From: Vulcanimicrobiales bacterium
GTDB taxonomy: Bacteria; Vulcanimicrobiota; Vulcanimicrobiia; Vulcanimicrobiales; Vulcanimicrobiaceae
DNA length: 64,000 nt
Direction of reading: 5' to 3'
Assembly (NCBI GenBank): GCA_038215615.1
Contig: JBBQQR010000003.1
Location: 32,001 to 96,000 of the forward strand
Each line of letters opens with the position of its first letter. Position 1 is the first letter of the stretch. The position numbers and the translations under genes were made by a program. Shown here one piece after another: positions 39,600-49,878 of the stretch. Under the pieces are notes generated by a model. It was not told the DNA's origin, did no database searches, and saw nothing but the letters and a program-made list of their open reading frames with translations.

Positions 39600-39881
39600 C
39601 TAGGAGAGTCGTTTCAGCAGCGGGTTGGTCTGCGGGTCGTAGCCCGGCAGCACTTTATACATCTCGCGCGCGCTGCGCAGCATCACGCCCTCCTCGGAGA
39701 TCGAGAGCACCTCGTCCGCATCGAGGAGCGTCTCTTCTTTGGTGTCGTTCCAAAAAATGAGCAAACACTCCGGAACGCGCGTTTCTCCGATCGCAAAGAC
39801 GCCGCGAACCTCACCCAGCGCGCCTTCCGTCGAGTTGAGCACGGGCGTTCCATAAGCAAGATTTTCGAGCAGTTTAGGCAT
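39600..39881 (-). CDS. Hypothetical protein (PRC-barrel-like)
   Basis: GTPVLNSTEGALGEVRGV; within operon. Confidence 0.65.
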   Translation of the reverse strand: MPKLLENLAYGTPVLNSTEGALGEVRGVFAIGETRVPECLLIFWNDTKEETLLDADEVLSISEEGVMLRSAREMYKVLPGYDPQTNPLLKRLS

Positions 39882-39887
39882 GCCTTA

Positions 39888-40619
39888 TTATACCCCCGCC
39901 AGGTAATTCAGCAACGCAACGACCACCAACGCCGCAGTTTCGGTGCGTAAAATGCGGGTTCCCAAACCGATTACGCGTGCTCCGCGCAGCTTCGCCGCCT
40001 CAGCCTCGGAATGCGCGAAACCACCTTCCGGTCCGATCACCACCAAAATGCCGCGCGCACCCGCAATCATCGAGGGAAGCTCATCACGCAACGGCGCATC
40101 GCCGGCAAGCTCCCACGGAAAAAGCACGCAATCGTAGATTGAAAACGTCTCGAGCAGCGCTGCGAACTCGACCGGTTCGCGCACTTCCGGAATCTCGTCG
40201 CGGCCGCATTGCTCGGCAGCAGTTTTTGCCAAACGCCGCCAGCGATCGAGCTTCCCCTTACCGCTTTCGACGACAACCGAGCGCTCGGAATAAAATGGTA
40301 CGATCGCAGCAACACCGAGCTCGGTCAGCTTCTCTACCACAAAGTCCATTTTTTGGCCCTTCGGTACGCCTTGCGCAACGGTTACCTGCAGGCGCGTCGT
40401 CACCCGCGGTGCGACGGGCACGCTGAGCTGCGCGCGCACAGCACCGTTCTCTACTTCAAGTATGGCGTTGAATCGATTGGCCGTTGAATCGATGATCTGA
40501 ACTACATCACCCGATCGCTTTCGCAGAACGTGAACGATCTTGTGCGCGTCATCTCCGGCCAGCGTCACGGTTTGGCCCGCGCCGTAAACGCCTTCGACGA
40601 AAAATCGCGGCGCCGCCAT
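39888..40619 (-). CDS. rsmE: 16S rRNA m3U1498 methyltransferase
   Basis: HKIVHVLR, EKLTELGV, AAEQCGR, IGPEGGF, LGTRILRTETA. Confidence 0.96.
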   Translation of the reverse strand: MAAPRFFVEGVYGAGQTVTLAGDDAHKIVHVLRKRSGDVVQIIDSTANRFNAILEVENGAVRAQLSVPVAPRVTTRLQVTVAQGVPKGQKMDFVVEKLTELGVAAIVPFYSERSVVVESGKGKLDRWRRLAKTAAEQCGRDEIPEVREPVEFAALLETFSIYDCVLFPWELAGDAPLRDELPSMIAGARGILVVIGPEGGFAHSEAEAAKLRGARVIGLGTRILRTETAALVVVALLNYLAGV

Positions 40620-40621
40620 CG

Positions 40622-41761
40622 TTACTCCGGCCGGAACGCGTCTTTGACTTTGTCGAAGAACGACCGCTCTTGAACCCGATCTCCGCCCAGCCGCGCATAC
40701 TCTTCAAGCAGCTCCCGCTGGGCGTGCGTCAATTTTCCGGGGATTTCAACATGCACCGTTACGATGTGATCGCCCCGTTGCGTGCCGCGGACGGTCGGCA
40801 TGCCGCGTCCGCGCATTCTGATACTGACGCCGGATTGGGTGCCCGCGCCGATGCCGAGTTCGAGCTGCCCTTCGAGCGAAGGAACGCCGATCGCTCCGCC
40901 AAGCGCCGCCTGTGGAAAACTGATCGGCACCTCGACGTACGTGTCGAGTCCGTTGCGTCTGAAAACCTTGTGCGGCGCTATTGTAATGTAGACGTACAAA
41001 TCGCCGGCGCTGCCGCCGTGAGTTCCGGATGCGCCCGCTCCGCTGATGCGTATGCGGCTGCCCTCGTCGACGCCGGCCGGAATTTTTACGCTTAACGAAC
41101 GTTCGACTTCGCGCCGGCCGCGGCCGCCGCAATCGGGGCACGGATGCTCCACGACTTGGCCCTCGCCTCCGCACTTCGAGCATGCAGATTGCGTGACGAA
41201 TTGCCCGAGCGGCGTTTGGCGCACCGTCCGCATGACCCCGGTTCCGGAACAACGGTCGCAGGACGTTATCAGCGTGCCCACGGCCGCGCCCGACCCGCGG
41301 CACGTCTCGCAGGCCGCCAAATGCGAGAACTGGATCTCACGGGTGATGCCCGAGAACGCTTCTTCAAGTGAAATCTGCAGGTCGTAACGCAGGTCTTCAC
41401 CACGCGAGGGCCCATTGCGCCGCATCGTTTGCTGCGCGCCGCCGCGCTCGCCGAAGAACATATCGAAGATGTCGCCGAAGCCGCTCGAGCCGAAGCCCTG
41501 GCCGAAACCAAAGTCGCTGAAGCCCGCTCCCGAGCCCGCGCCGTTTCCAATCGTGCCGTATCGATCGTATTGCGCGCGTTTTTGCGGATCCGAAAGTACC
41601 TCGTAGGCTTGATTGATCTCTTTGAACCGGTGCTCGGCATCGGATTTGTCGGCCGCAACATCGGGATGATGCTTGCGGGCGAGCTTGCGGTACGCGCGGC
41701 GCACCTCGTCGGCATCCGCTGCCCGGCCTACGCCAAGCACTTCGTAGAAGTCGCGCGACAT
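40622..41761 (-). CDS. dnaJ: Chaperone DnaJ
   Basis: HPD J-domain, G/F region, four CxxCxGxG motifs. Confidence 0.98.
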   Translation of the reverse strand: MSRDFYEVLGVGRAADADEVRRAYRKLARKHHPDVAADKSDAEHRFKEINQAYEVLSDPQKRAQYDRYGTIGNGAGSGAGFSDFGFGQGFGSSGFGDIFDMFFGERGGAQQTMRRNGPSRGEDLRYDLQISLEEAFSGITREIQFSHLAACETCRGSGAAVGTLITSCDRCSGTGVMRTVRQTPLGQFVTQSACSKCGGEGQVVEHPCPDCGGRGRREVERSLSVKIPAGVDEGSRIRISGAGASGTHGGSAGDLYVYITIAPHKVFRRNGLDTYVEVPISFPQAALGGAIGVPSLEGQLELGIGAGTQSGVSIRMRGRGMPTVRGTQRGDHIVTVHVEIPGKLTHAQRELLEEYARLGGDRVQERSFFDKVKDAFRPE

Positions 41762-41764
41762 CGG

Positions 41765-42817
41765 TTACTTGATCTCGGCGTCGGAGAGACGCGAGGACAA
41801 CGTTTCCGCGGTGCCCGATGCGAGCGCCATCAAACGGGCGTACGGCATACGGCGCGGGCCCAGGACCGAGAGCATGCCGATCGCGCTTTCGCCGAAACGG
41901 TACGGTACGGTGACGATGCTGAAGTCGTTCATCTCGTCGACGCCCAGCTCGTGGCCAATCTTCACTTCGGGCGCTTCGGCCATCATCGAGTCGGCGACCA
42001 GATCGTAGAGCGTTTTCTGTTCTTCGACGATGTTGAGTATCGAACGCAGTTTGCGCGCGTCTTGAAACTCCGGCTGATCGAGCAAATTTTGCGCACCTGA
42101 CGCAGCGAGCGTAGATTGCTCCCCGGAGCGCGCGCTGCGTAGTGCGGTCATAATAACGGTTTTGAATTCCGCGGCCAAACCGAGTTCATCGACCGCCGCC
42201 GCAACGTCGCTTTCACGAATGTCGCGCAGCATCTTATTGCCGAGCCGCGAGTTGAGCGCGTTGGAAAGACACGTGAGTTCATCCGGGCCGATGTCAGCGG
42301 CGAGCTCGAAAAGACTTTGCGACGCTGCTCCCATGGAGGTCACAACGATCCCCATACCCGTTCGCGCGGAGAGCCAAATGAGCTGCAGATGGCGGAACAT
42401 CTGCGCATCGTTCGAAGGCTTGGTCGCAAACGCGAGATTTTTGGAAAGTCTGCCGAGTAAGCGCGTAGCGCTTTCGATCACTTCGTCGAGTTCACGGCTC
42501 GCGTCGCGCAGTTCGTCGCGGATGCGGCGGCGGTCGGCGGCCTGCAGCGTCTCCGGCTGCATCAGTTGATCGACGAACGTGCGGTAGCCGGCATCCGATG
42601 GAATGCGGCCGGCCGACGTGTGCGGTTGAACCAGGTACCCGCCCGCTTCCAGGTCCGCCAATTCGTTGCGGACCGTCGCCGAGCTTACGCCCAGGCTGTA
42701 TTTTTGGGTGAGCGTCTGCGACGCCACCGGCTCGGCCGTAGCGATATATTCGTAGACGACCGTCGCCAGGATATACGCTTTGCGCTTATCTAGGCCGCCG
42801 GGGCTCCCGGGGTTCAT
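41765..42817 (-). CDS. hrcA: Heat-inducible transcription repressor
   Basis: VSSATVRNELADLE, QPHTSAGRIPSD, LGPRRMPY. Confidence 0.97.
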   Translation of the reverse strand: MNPGSPGGLDKRKAYILATVVYEYIATAEPVASQTLTQKYSLGVSSATVRNELADLEAGGYLVQPHTSAGRIPSDAGYRTFVDQLMQPETLQAADRRRIRDELRDASRELDEVIESATRLLGRLSKNLAFATKPSNDAQMFRHLQLIWLSARTGMGIVVTSMGAASQSLFELAADIGPDELTCLSNALNSRLGNKMLRDIRESDVAAAVDELGLAAEFKTVIMTALRSARSGEQSTLAASGAQNLLDQPEFQDARKLRSILNIVEEQKTLYDLVADSMMAEAPEVKIGHELGVDEMNDFSIVTVPYRFGESAIGMLSVLGPRRMPYARLMALASGTAETLSSRLSDAEIK

Positions 42818-42826
42818 GGCTCTATC

Positions 42827-42853
42827 TTAGCAATCGCTGGCTAGGAGTGCTAG
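42827..42853. promoter_or_regulatory. CIRCE element
   Basis: TTAGCAATC-N9-GAGTGCTAG vs consensus TTAGCACTC-N9-GAGTGCTAA, directly upstream of hrcA. Confidence 0.9.
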
Positions 42854-42910
42854 GTCCTCGCACGGATTTTTTCGGCAGGCGCCGCACCCGGCTCCCGGTA
42901 AACTCGCGGC

Positions 42911-44872
42911 ATGAAGTCCGCCGAATCGATCGAGGCCCTCTCCCAAGAGAGCCGGCGCTTTCCGCCGTCCGCCGAATTTTCCGCCCAGGCCAACGCTCAG
43001 CCGGACATCTATAAGGAAGCCGAGCGCGACTACTTGGCATTTTGGGAGTCTTGGGCGCGCAAATTAGAGTGGTCGAAGCCCTTCAGTAAGATCCTTGAGT
43101 GGAACGAGCCGTTCGCGCGCTGGTTCAGCGACGGCGAGCTCAACGCGTCGGTCAATTGCCTCGACCGTCACGTTCGCGCCGGCAAGGGCGAGAAGGTCGC
43201 CTATTACTATGAAGGCGAGCCCGGCGACCGCCGGACGATCAGCTACCAACAATTACTCGACGACGTCTGCCGTTTTGCCAACGGCTTGCGCAAACTTGGC
43301 GTAAAGAAAGGCGACCGCGTCGCCATCTACATGCCGATGATTCCCGAACTTCCCGTTGCGATGTTGGCCTGCGCGCGCATCGGCGCCGCGCATTCCGTTA
43401 TCTTCGGCGGTTTCTCACCCGATTCCATCGTAGATCGCGTCAACGATGCCGAGTGCGTCGCGCTCATTACCGCCGACCAGGGCTGGCGGCGCGGTAACAA
43501 AGTTCCGCTTAAAAATAACTGCGATACGGCGATGGCGGGCACGCCGTCAATCAAGCACTGCATCGTCGCCAAACGCGTAGGCGATCCGGTCGAGATGCAG
43601 GCCGGGCGCGACGTGTGGTGGGAGGACGTCGTCAAGGACCAGCCTGCCGAGTGCGCGCCCGAAGCGATGAACGCGGAAGATTTGCTCTATCTTCTCTATA
43701 CCAGCGGAACCACAGCAAAGCCGAAAGGCATCAAACACACGACCGGCGGATATCTCACGCACGTTACGATGACACACAAGTTGGTCTTCGATTTAAAAGA
43801 AAATACCGACGTCTACTGGTGTGCGGCCGACATCGGCTGGGTCACGGGCCATTCATACATCGTCTACGGACCACTTGCCAATCAAGCGACGAGCGTCATT
43901 TATGAGGGCACACCGGATTTTCCCGACAAGGATCGCCTGTGGGAAATTGTGGAGCGTTATAAGGTCAACATTTTGTACACCGCGCCGACCGCCATTCGCA
44001 CGTTCATGAAGTGGGGCGACGAGTATCCCGGCAAGCACGATCTTTCGACGTTGCGGCTCCTAGGCTCAGTCGGCGAGCCGATCAATCCCGAAGCGTGGAT
44101 GTGGTACCGCGAGCACATCGGCGGCAACCGCTGCCCGGTCGTGGACACGTGGTGGCAAACGGAGACGGGCGGCATCATGATCTCGCCACTGCCGGGTGTC
44201 ACTGCGACACCGCCCGGCAGCGCAACCTATCCAATTCCCGGCATTGCGGCCGACATCGTCAACGATCAAGGCGAATCGGTACCGCTCGGAGGCGGTGGGT
44301 ACGCTGTGCTCACGCGTCCGTGGCCCGGGATGCTGCGCGGTATCTGGGGAGACGACGAACGCTATAAGCAAACGTACTGGTCGAAGTTTTCGCACAAGTA
44401 TCTCGCCGGCGACGGCGCGCGGCGCGATCTCGACGGCAATTTCTGGTTCATGGGCCGCATCGATGACGTGATGAACGTCAGCGGTCACCGTATCTCGACG
44501 ACCGAGGTTGAGAGCGCATTTGTGGAACATCCGAAGGTTGCGGAAACCGCCGTATGCGGGAAACTCGACGATGTCACGGGTCAAGCCATCTACGCCTTCG
44601 TTTCACTGCGCGGCGGCGAACTCGGCAGCATGGAACTAGCCGACGAACTGCGCCAGTATGTGGGAAACAAACTCGGCAAATTCACGCGCCCGAAGTACAT
44701 CACGTTCACGCAAGAGTTGCCGAAGACGCGCAGCGGCAAGATCATGCGCCGTCTGTTGCGCGACGTCGCCGAAGGCCGCACGCTCGGCGACACGACGACG
44801 CTTGCCGACGCTACGATTGTTAAAGACCTACAAGATCGCGCAAAATCCGAGGCCAGCTCCGCCGAGGAGTAA
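42911..44872 (+). CDS. acs: Acetyl-CoA synthetase
   Basis: YTSGTTAKPKG, DTWWQTETG, GRIDDVMNVSGHR, PKTRSGKIMRR. Confidence 0.98.
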   Translation: MKSAESIEALSQESRRFPPSAEFSAQANAQPDIYKEAERDYLAFWESWARKLEWSKPFSKILEWNEPFARWFSDGELNASVNCLDRHVRAGKGEKVAYYYEGEPGDRRTISYQQLLDDVCRFANGLRKLGVKKGDRVAIYMPMIPELPVAMLACARIGAAHSVIFGGFSPDSIVDRVNDAECVALITADQGWRRGNKVPLKNNCDTAMAGTPSIKHCIVAKRVGDPVEMQAGRDVWWEDVVKDQPAECAPEAMNAEDLLYLLYTSGTTAKPKGIKHTTGGYLTHVTMTHKLVFDLKENTDVYWCAADIGWVTGHSYIVYGPLANQATSVIYEGTPDFPDKDRLWEIVERYKVNILYTAPTAIRTFMKWGDEYPGKHDLSTLRLLGSVGEPINPEAWMWYREHIGGNRCPVVDTWWQTETGGIMISPLPGVTATPPGSATYPIPGIAADIVNDQGESVPLGGGGYAVLTRPWPGMLRGIWGDDERYKQTYWSKFSHKYLAGDGARRDLDGNFWFMGRIDDVMNVSGHRISTTEVESAFVEHPKVAETAVCGKLDDVTGQAIYAFVSLRGGELGSMELADELRQYVGNKLGKFTRPKYITFTQELPKTRSGKIMRRLLRDVAEGRTLGDTTTLADATIVKDLQDRAKSEASSAEE

Positions 44873-44897
44873 CGCCGTCGCGCCGCGCTTCCCCGGT

Positions 44898-44977
44898 GTC
44901 ATGGTGAGCCAGCCTGCCCTGAGCCGCGTCGAAGGGAACCACCCTGAGCAGCGCGCAACAGCGCGCTAGCCGAAGGG
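44898..44977 (+). repeat. REP-like palindromic units (CCCTGAGC...CGAAGGG x2)
   Basis: Units at 44917-36 and 44942-77, the first inside GTCATGGTGAGC...GAACCA; between convergent genes. Confidence 0.55.
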
Positions 44978-45072
44978 CACCGTTACTACGGCTGTGGGTT
45001 TTACCTTGACTTCAGCTGCCCGCGTCACACGCGACTGCGTTCGGACAACAACTTTTGCGCTTCACGCCCGCA

Positions 45073-46095
45073 CTAGTTGCTGCTGCCCTTTGGCGGTGGC
45101 GCTCCCTTCAGAATGTCGCGGACGCTCTGATACGGATAGCCGACTTGGGCGTTGAGGCTGTCGTACCATGCCAAGGTGATGAGATCGCGCAGTTCCTCCA
45201 CGCCGCGCGCGAGCTGCGTCGCCGTGAACTTAACGGCAGCCGGCGAGCCATTCGTGAAACCGCCCGCTTTCTCGATATCATAGAGCGGCCCGACACTTTG
45301 CAGTGAACCCTGAATGTAGCCGGCGATGAGCGTTGCTATTTGATCTTGCGTTAGAAGCTTATCCGGCGCCATCATCATCGAAGGAACCATAAGCTGCTTG
45401 ACTGCTCCGGGTGAAATGTAGCGATCGACAAACGTGCTCTCGAAAAACGAGTGCGTGTTTCGCGCATTCGTATAGCCGTTCGGATTGGGATAGTTCCCCC
45501 AACCGTTAAAATGAATAGTGACGTGCAGCGGCTGGCACGCGTCCTCGACAAAATGCCCCCAAACGCCGGCGTCGCGAAGAATCAGCGCCTGGTCGATGGC
45601 GCGATTCGTGGCCGCCTCGGCGCGAGCGCCCGAGCTCGATGCATGACTCGCGCGATAGTTGTCAACGCGCCAGTACGCAAAATCGTACCGTAGCTGTTCC
45701 CAACCCTCGATGATCGCGTAGGGTGAGTACCCTTGCCGGTACTGATCGGTACCCGCCGCACGTAGCGCTGTGTCGTAATCCTCGCGGCTCGCGGGCAATT
45801 TTCCGAGCGAGACAACCCCGGCCACCATGCCGTTATCGTCCAAATCGATATAATGTCCCGGATCGTTTTCCGCATCCCAAGCCGTGCCGGAACCCTTGAG
45901 GCGATCCAACTCCGGCCCCAGATACATGATTTCATATTGAGCCGGCATCGTCCGCATGAAGGCCGGCAGCGTCGACGGGAGCGACGAACCCGCCAGCTGG
46001 CCGATAATTTCGTGTCCCTTGGAGCCCCATGCGAACGCCGGCTCGGTGCAAGCAAAGATCAGCGCAAACAAACCGGCGATACTTTTACGAAGCAT
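45073..46095 (-). CDS. Secreted S1/P1-family nuclease
   Basis: Signal peptide ending AFA then WGSKGH; HYID, HFVEDACQPLH, HSFFE. Confidence 0.85.
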   Translation of the reverse strand: MLRKSIAGLFALIFACTEPAFAWGSKGHEIIGQLAGSSLPSTLPAFMRTMPAQYEIMYLGPELDRLKGSGTAWDAENDPGHYIDLDDNGMVAGVVSLGKLPASREDYDTALRAAGTDQYRQGYSPYAIIEGWEQLRYDFAYWRVDNYRASHASSSGARAEAATNRAIDQALILRDAGVWGHFVEDACQPLHVTIHFNGWGNYPNPNGYTNARNTHSFFESTFVDRYISPGAVKQLMVPSMMMAPDKLLTQDQIATLIAGYIQGSLQSVGPLYDIEKAGGFTNGSPAAVKFTATQLARGVEELRDLITLAWYDSLNAQVGYPYQSVRDILKGAPPPKGSSN

Positions 46096-46660
46096 TTCTC
46101 CCCTTTTCGGAAAATGGTTGGAAGGCATACCCGTGCTCGCGCGACCACGCCACGGTGCCGTTATATAAGAACTCAAAATTCTCGGCCTTGAGTTCGCTGA
46201 CTGTTTTTCGCTGGATGGCGAGCACGTCGGAAAGAGCCTCCCACGTCGAGAGTATCGTCGTCGGCACCACTGTGTAGATCAAAGCCCCGTCCAACAGGCC
46301 CTCTTTCACATAAGCACCCACACGTTCGAAAAACCTCATCACGATGTTCTCTTTGTGAACTGCGTCCGGCGCAGCTTCTGGGAACGCCACGCCCTCGCGA
46401 AATGCCGGATCCTGCATCTGAGCTTTAAGGTCGTGCACGACGAAGCGCACCGCTTCACGAAACTCGGCCTTGTCCATCTCGTCGAAGATGCGCATCGCGC
46501 CTTCGAGCTGCGTCGAGCGCCGCAGATGATTGAGTTGATCGTTGGTGAGCTGCGCTTGGCGCGCTCCCACCTTCACCTGGCGCGAAGCAAAGATCACCGT
46601 GACGGCAATAACCGTAGCCGACAACACCGAGCCGAGCGCCGCCACGGCCTCCCAGCTCAT
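46085..46660 (-). CDS. Membrane-anchored hypothetical protein (DUF4760-like)
   Basis: N-terminal TM; FFERVGAYVKEGLLD, ENFEFL. Confidence 0.7.
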   Translation of the reverse strand: MSWEAVAALGSVLSATVIAVTVIFASRQVKVGARQAQLTNDQLNHLRRSTQLEGAMRIFDEMDKAEFREAVRFVVHDLKAQMQDPAFREGVAFPEAAPDAVHKENIVMRFFERVGAYVKEGLLDGALIYTVVPTTILSTWEALSDVLAIQRKTVSELKAENFEFLYNGTVAWSREHGYAFQPFSEKGRNAS

Positions 46661-48564
46661 TAAGCGAAGAACCCCGTGAGTTCGTCCAGATGCGTGATCC
46701 GCGTGGCCGGCGGAAGCGCGCGCAGTATGAGCTCACCGTAGCGCGATGAAGCGGCACGCCCGTCGAGCAACGCCACCATGCCGCGATCGTTTTTGCTGCG
46801 CACGAGCCGCCCAAAGCCTTGTTTGAGCCGCACGATCGCCGATGGAATCATATAATTGTCGAAACCGTTCAAACCGCGCGCTTCCAAAGATTCGATACGC
46901 GCTTGCACGAGCGGATCGCCGGGCGAGGGAAATGGCAGCCTATCGATGATCACGCATGATAACTGCTCGCCGACCACGTCGATGCCTTCCCAAAACGTCG
47001 CCGTGGCGAAGAGCACGGCGTTGGGTGTCGTGCGGAACCATTCCAGCAGATGCATGCGCGGAAGTTCGCCTTGCAGACGGACCGGAAACGGGATCCGCTC
47101 CCGCAACAGCGCATAGACCTCGCGCAAGCGAGCGTGCGATGTGAAGAGCACGAACGCGCGGCCGCGGCTGCGGTCCAGGCACTCCTCGACCAACGGCGCG
47201 GCGAGCTTCGCGAAATGCGGCATCTTCGGATTGAGTTCGGGCGGCGCGACGTAGAGGCGCGCTTGCGACGGATAATCGAACGGCGAAGGCGCGACCAGCT
47301 CCTGCGCCTCGTTCACGCCTAGCGAACGTTTGAGAAACTCGAATGCGCCGTCTTGTGAGCCGGTGTCGGCGATGGTGGCGCTGGTGAGCACTACGCTCTG
47401 CGTCCGCTCGAAAAGCATTGTGCGCAGATACTCCGACACATCGTACGGCGCACTGTTGAGCTGATAGGAGCTGTCGGCTTCGGAGCGCTCGACCCAAGCT
47501 ATGGCGGTATCGCTCGGCGATTGCGCGCGCTCGATGGTAGCCTGATGCGCCAAAATCGCGCGCATGGCGAGATCGCGCCGGCGCTCGGCTTCCGCATCAT
47601 TCTGTGGCTTGCGTTTGAGTGCATCGTGCCAACTCGCGTACAGCCAGTTCTCTAACTTATACAGCGAATCACGCAGTGTCTCGAGCGCAGGCCAGGCCGA
47701 TTCGTTGGCCTGCAGCGGATACCGGTCGCCCGGCACGCTTGCCAGCGCCGATTCAAAGCCGCGCATGCCGCGATCGAACTCGGCGTCGAAATGTCCGGGA
47801 ACGGTATAGGAGCGGTGCAACTTGCGCATCATGCGCCCGATCGAGCCGCGCGAGAGCGTGGCCGTCAGCGCTGCCGTCGCCCAGCGTTCGCACTGATGCG
47901 CTTCGTCGAGTATCACATAGTCGTACGGCGGCAAGAGTCCGCCCCCCATCGCGAGATCCAGAAAAAACAACGCGTGGTTGACGATCACGATGTCCGCAAA
48001 CTTCGCCTCGTCGCGCTTCTTGAAAAAGAAACACTCGCGGAAGTGTTCGCAGTACTCGCCGACGCAGTCGTCCGCGTCCGCATCGAGTTGCTCCCATTCG
48101 TCGTATGCCGGCAAGAACAGCAACTCGGCGCGGTCGCCCGTCTGCGTGCGCGCGCCCCATTCCCACATCTGCTGCATCTTGCGCGAGGGCGCCAACAAGC
48201 GGTCCGCCCGCATGTTCTCGAGCTTCTGCTTGCAGAGGTAGTGATTGCGGCCTTTGAGCAGTGTCACTCGCGCGGGAATGTCGAGCGCCTGCGTCACGAG
48301 CGGAATATCTTTGTTGTAGAGCTGCTCTTGCAGCGCGATCGTGCCGGTCGAAATGACGATTTTCTTCCCACTGCGAAGCGCCGGCACGAGATACGCAAGC
48401 GATTTGCCGACGCCCGTCCCGGCTTCGACTATCGTGTGCATGCCTTCAAGAAAACCGCGTTCGATGAGCTGCGCCATCTGCAGCTGCCCAGGACGCGCTT
48501 CAAAGCCGGCGAGCGATTTTTCGATCGGGCCGCCGGGCGCGAAGACTTCGTCGATGGCCGTCAC
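46660..48564 (-). CDS. dinG: DinG/YoaA-family Fe-S DNA helicase
   Basis: EARPGQ, EAGTGVGKS, LKGRNHYLC, DEAH, FWEGID, QGFGRLVR; GTGA overlap start. Confidence 0.93.
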   Translation of the reverse strand: MTAIDEVFAPGGPIEKSLAGFEARPGQLQMAQLIERGFLEGMHTIVEAGTGVGKSLAYLVPALRSGKKIVISTGTIALQEQLYNKDIPLVTQALDIPARVTLLKGRNHYLCKQKLENMRADRLLAPSRKMQQMWEWGARTQTGDRAELLFLPAYDEWEQLDADADDCVGEYCEHFRECFFFKKRDEAKFADIVIVNHALFFLDLAMGGGLLPPYDYVILDEAHQCERWATAALTATLSRGSIGRMMRKLHRSYTVPGHFDAEFDRGMRGFESALASVPGDRYPLQANESAWPALETLRDSLYKLENWLYASWHDALKRKPQNDAEAERRRDLAMRAILAHQATIERAQSPSDTAIAWVERSEADSSYQLNSAPYDVSEYLRTMLFERTQSVVLTSATIADTGSQDGAFEFLKRSLGVNEAQELVAPSPFDYPSQARLYVAPPELNPKMPHFAKLAAPLVEECLDRSRGRAFVLFTSHARLREVYALLRERIPFPVRLQGELPRMHLLEWFRTTPNAVLFATATFWEGIDVVGEQLSCVIIDRLPFPSPGDPLVQARIESLEARGLNGFDNYMIPSAIVRLKQGFGRLVRSKNDRGMVALLDGRAASSRYGELILRALPPATRITHLDELTGFFA

Positions 48565-49193
48565 GACTCGAGTTGGGACTCGTACACGGCGCCGGTGCTC
48601 GGATCGTAGGCGCGCGTACGCACCGGTTTCGGCGGCCAGAAAAGTACGAGCGTTAAGAGAAAACCGGTAACGAGACCGCCGATGTGGGCTTGCCAGGAAA
48701 TGCCGGGAAACGAGAACGAGTAAATTAGATTCAGGATGAGGATTCCGATGTTGGAGCGCACCAGGTCGAAGCCCCGTTCGCCAAATTTTAGACCAATCGC
48801 AAACAACGCACCGAACAAGCCGAAGATCGCCCCGCTTGCGCCGAGCGTGGCAACATCGGGCGGCGAGAAATAGACGATCGCCACACCGGCACCGATCAGC
48901 GAACCAACATAGATGGCCAGCATACGCGGCGAGCCCAGCACGAGCTCGATGAACCGCCCAAGCATGTAGAGCGAAAACATATTGACGCCGATATGAATGA
49001 TGCTGCCGTGTAGGAACGCGGAGGTAAATATGCGGTAATACTGATGATCGTGAGTGATGGTAACCGGCGCCAGCATGCCGTCGTACACGCGCGAATTCGC
49101 GGCAATATTCCCGCCAAATACACCCGGGCCACCGGCGTACATTTCCCAAAGAAAACCGATGACGTTCAGCGCGATCAGCAGGCGAGTGATCAA
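48561..49193 (-). CDS. Rhomboid intramembrane serine protease
   Basis: FLHGSIIHIGVNM, GASGAIFG, AHIGG. Confidence 0.95.
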   Translation of the reverse strand: MITRLLIALNVIGFLWEMYAGGPGVFGGNIAANSRVYDGMLAPVTITHDHQYYRIFTSAFLHGSIIHIGVNMFSLYMLGRFIELVLGSPRMLAIYVGSLIGAGVAIVYFSPPDVATLGASGAIFGLFGALFAIGLKFGERGFDLVRSNIGILILNLIYSFSFPGISWQAHIGGLVTGFLLTLVLFWPPKPVRTRAYDPSTGAVYESQLES

Positions 49194-49855
49194 GCGGTCA
49201 CCATCACCATGCGCGCAAGTTCGAGTGAGATGGCGTGGCGGCGCTTCTCGACTTCAACGGTCATCGGTCCGCCGAGCGGAGCTTTTTCGTGCACGGTGAC
49301 GTGCGCCCCCGGGCGCAAGCCGACGTCGCCCAAGTAGCGCAAGATCTCCGGAACTTCTTCGGTGACGCCTTGCACGACCGCGTCGCTGCCGACATCGATC
49401 TGCGCGAGCGGAATCCCGGCGCGCTGCGGCGCGCTCAAGTCTTTGGGGGGAATCGGCAAGCCATGCGGACAGACTTTGGGATCGCCCAAGATGTCGATTA
49501 AGCGCGCTTCCATTTTTTCGGTGATCGCGTGTTCGAGCATACACGCTTCGGATTGCACTTCATCCCACGGCATGCCCAAAATGTTGGTGAGCAAGCACTC
49601 CGCCAGCCGGTGCCGGCGCAAGACGCGGACGGCAACTTCCAATCCCGTTTGCGTAAGTTTTACGTCCCCGCGCGCGACGTATTCGAGATAGCCTTCAGAC
49701 GAGAGCTTCTTGAGCATGCCCGAAACCGAAGCCGGCGCGACGCCCAATTCCGACGCCAGGCCCGACGTCGTGACGCCCGGCCCCTCGCGTTCTAGCCTAT
49801 AGACGGCCTCGAGATACTCCTCGGTCGATTCCGCGAAGTGGCTGTGCCCCGACAT
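49190..49855 (-). CDS. DtxR/MntR metal-dependent repressor with FeoA domain
   Basis: EEYLEAVY, RRHRLAE, EACMLEH, CPHGLPIP. Confidence 0.93.
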   Translation of the reverse strand: MSGHSHFAESTEEYLEAVYRLEREGPGVTTSGLASELGVAPASVSGMLKKLSSEGYLEYVARGDVKLTQTGLEVAVRVLRRHRLAECLLTNILGMPWDEVQSEACMLEHAITEKMEARLIDILGDPKVCPHGLPIPPKDLSAPQRAGIPLAQIDVGSDAVVQGVTEEVPEILRYLGDVGLRPGAHVTVHEKAPLGGPMTVEVEKRRHAISLELARMVMVTA

Positions 49856-49878
49856 GAACGGACCCTTCGACGCCCGGC

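Noticed and set aside
45013..45066. Tiny Cys-containing minus-strand ORF after the nuclease
   Set aside because: 17 codons, no SD, no supporting context
46660..49149. Apparent 829-aa DinG; similar N-terminal extensions on ahcY, hldD, tdh, the anti-sigma and the HDAC
   Set aside because: Extensions overlap the upstream genes in another frame; real starts lie downstream
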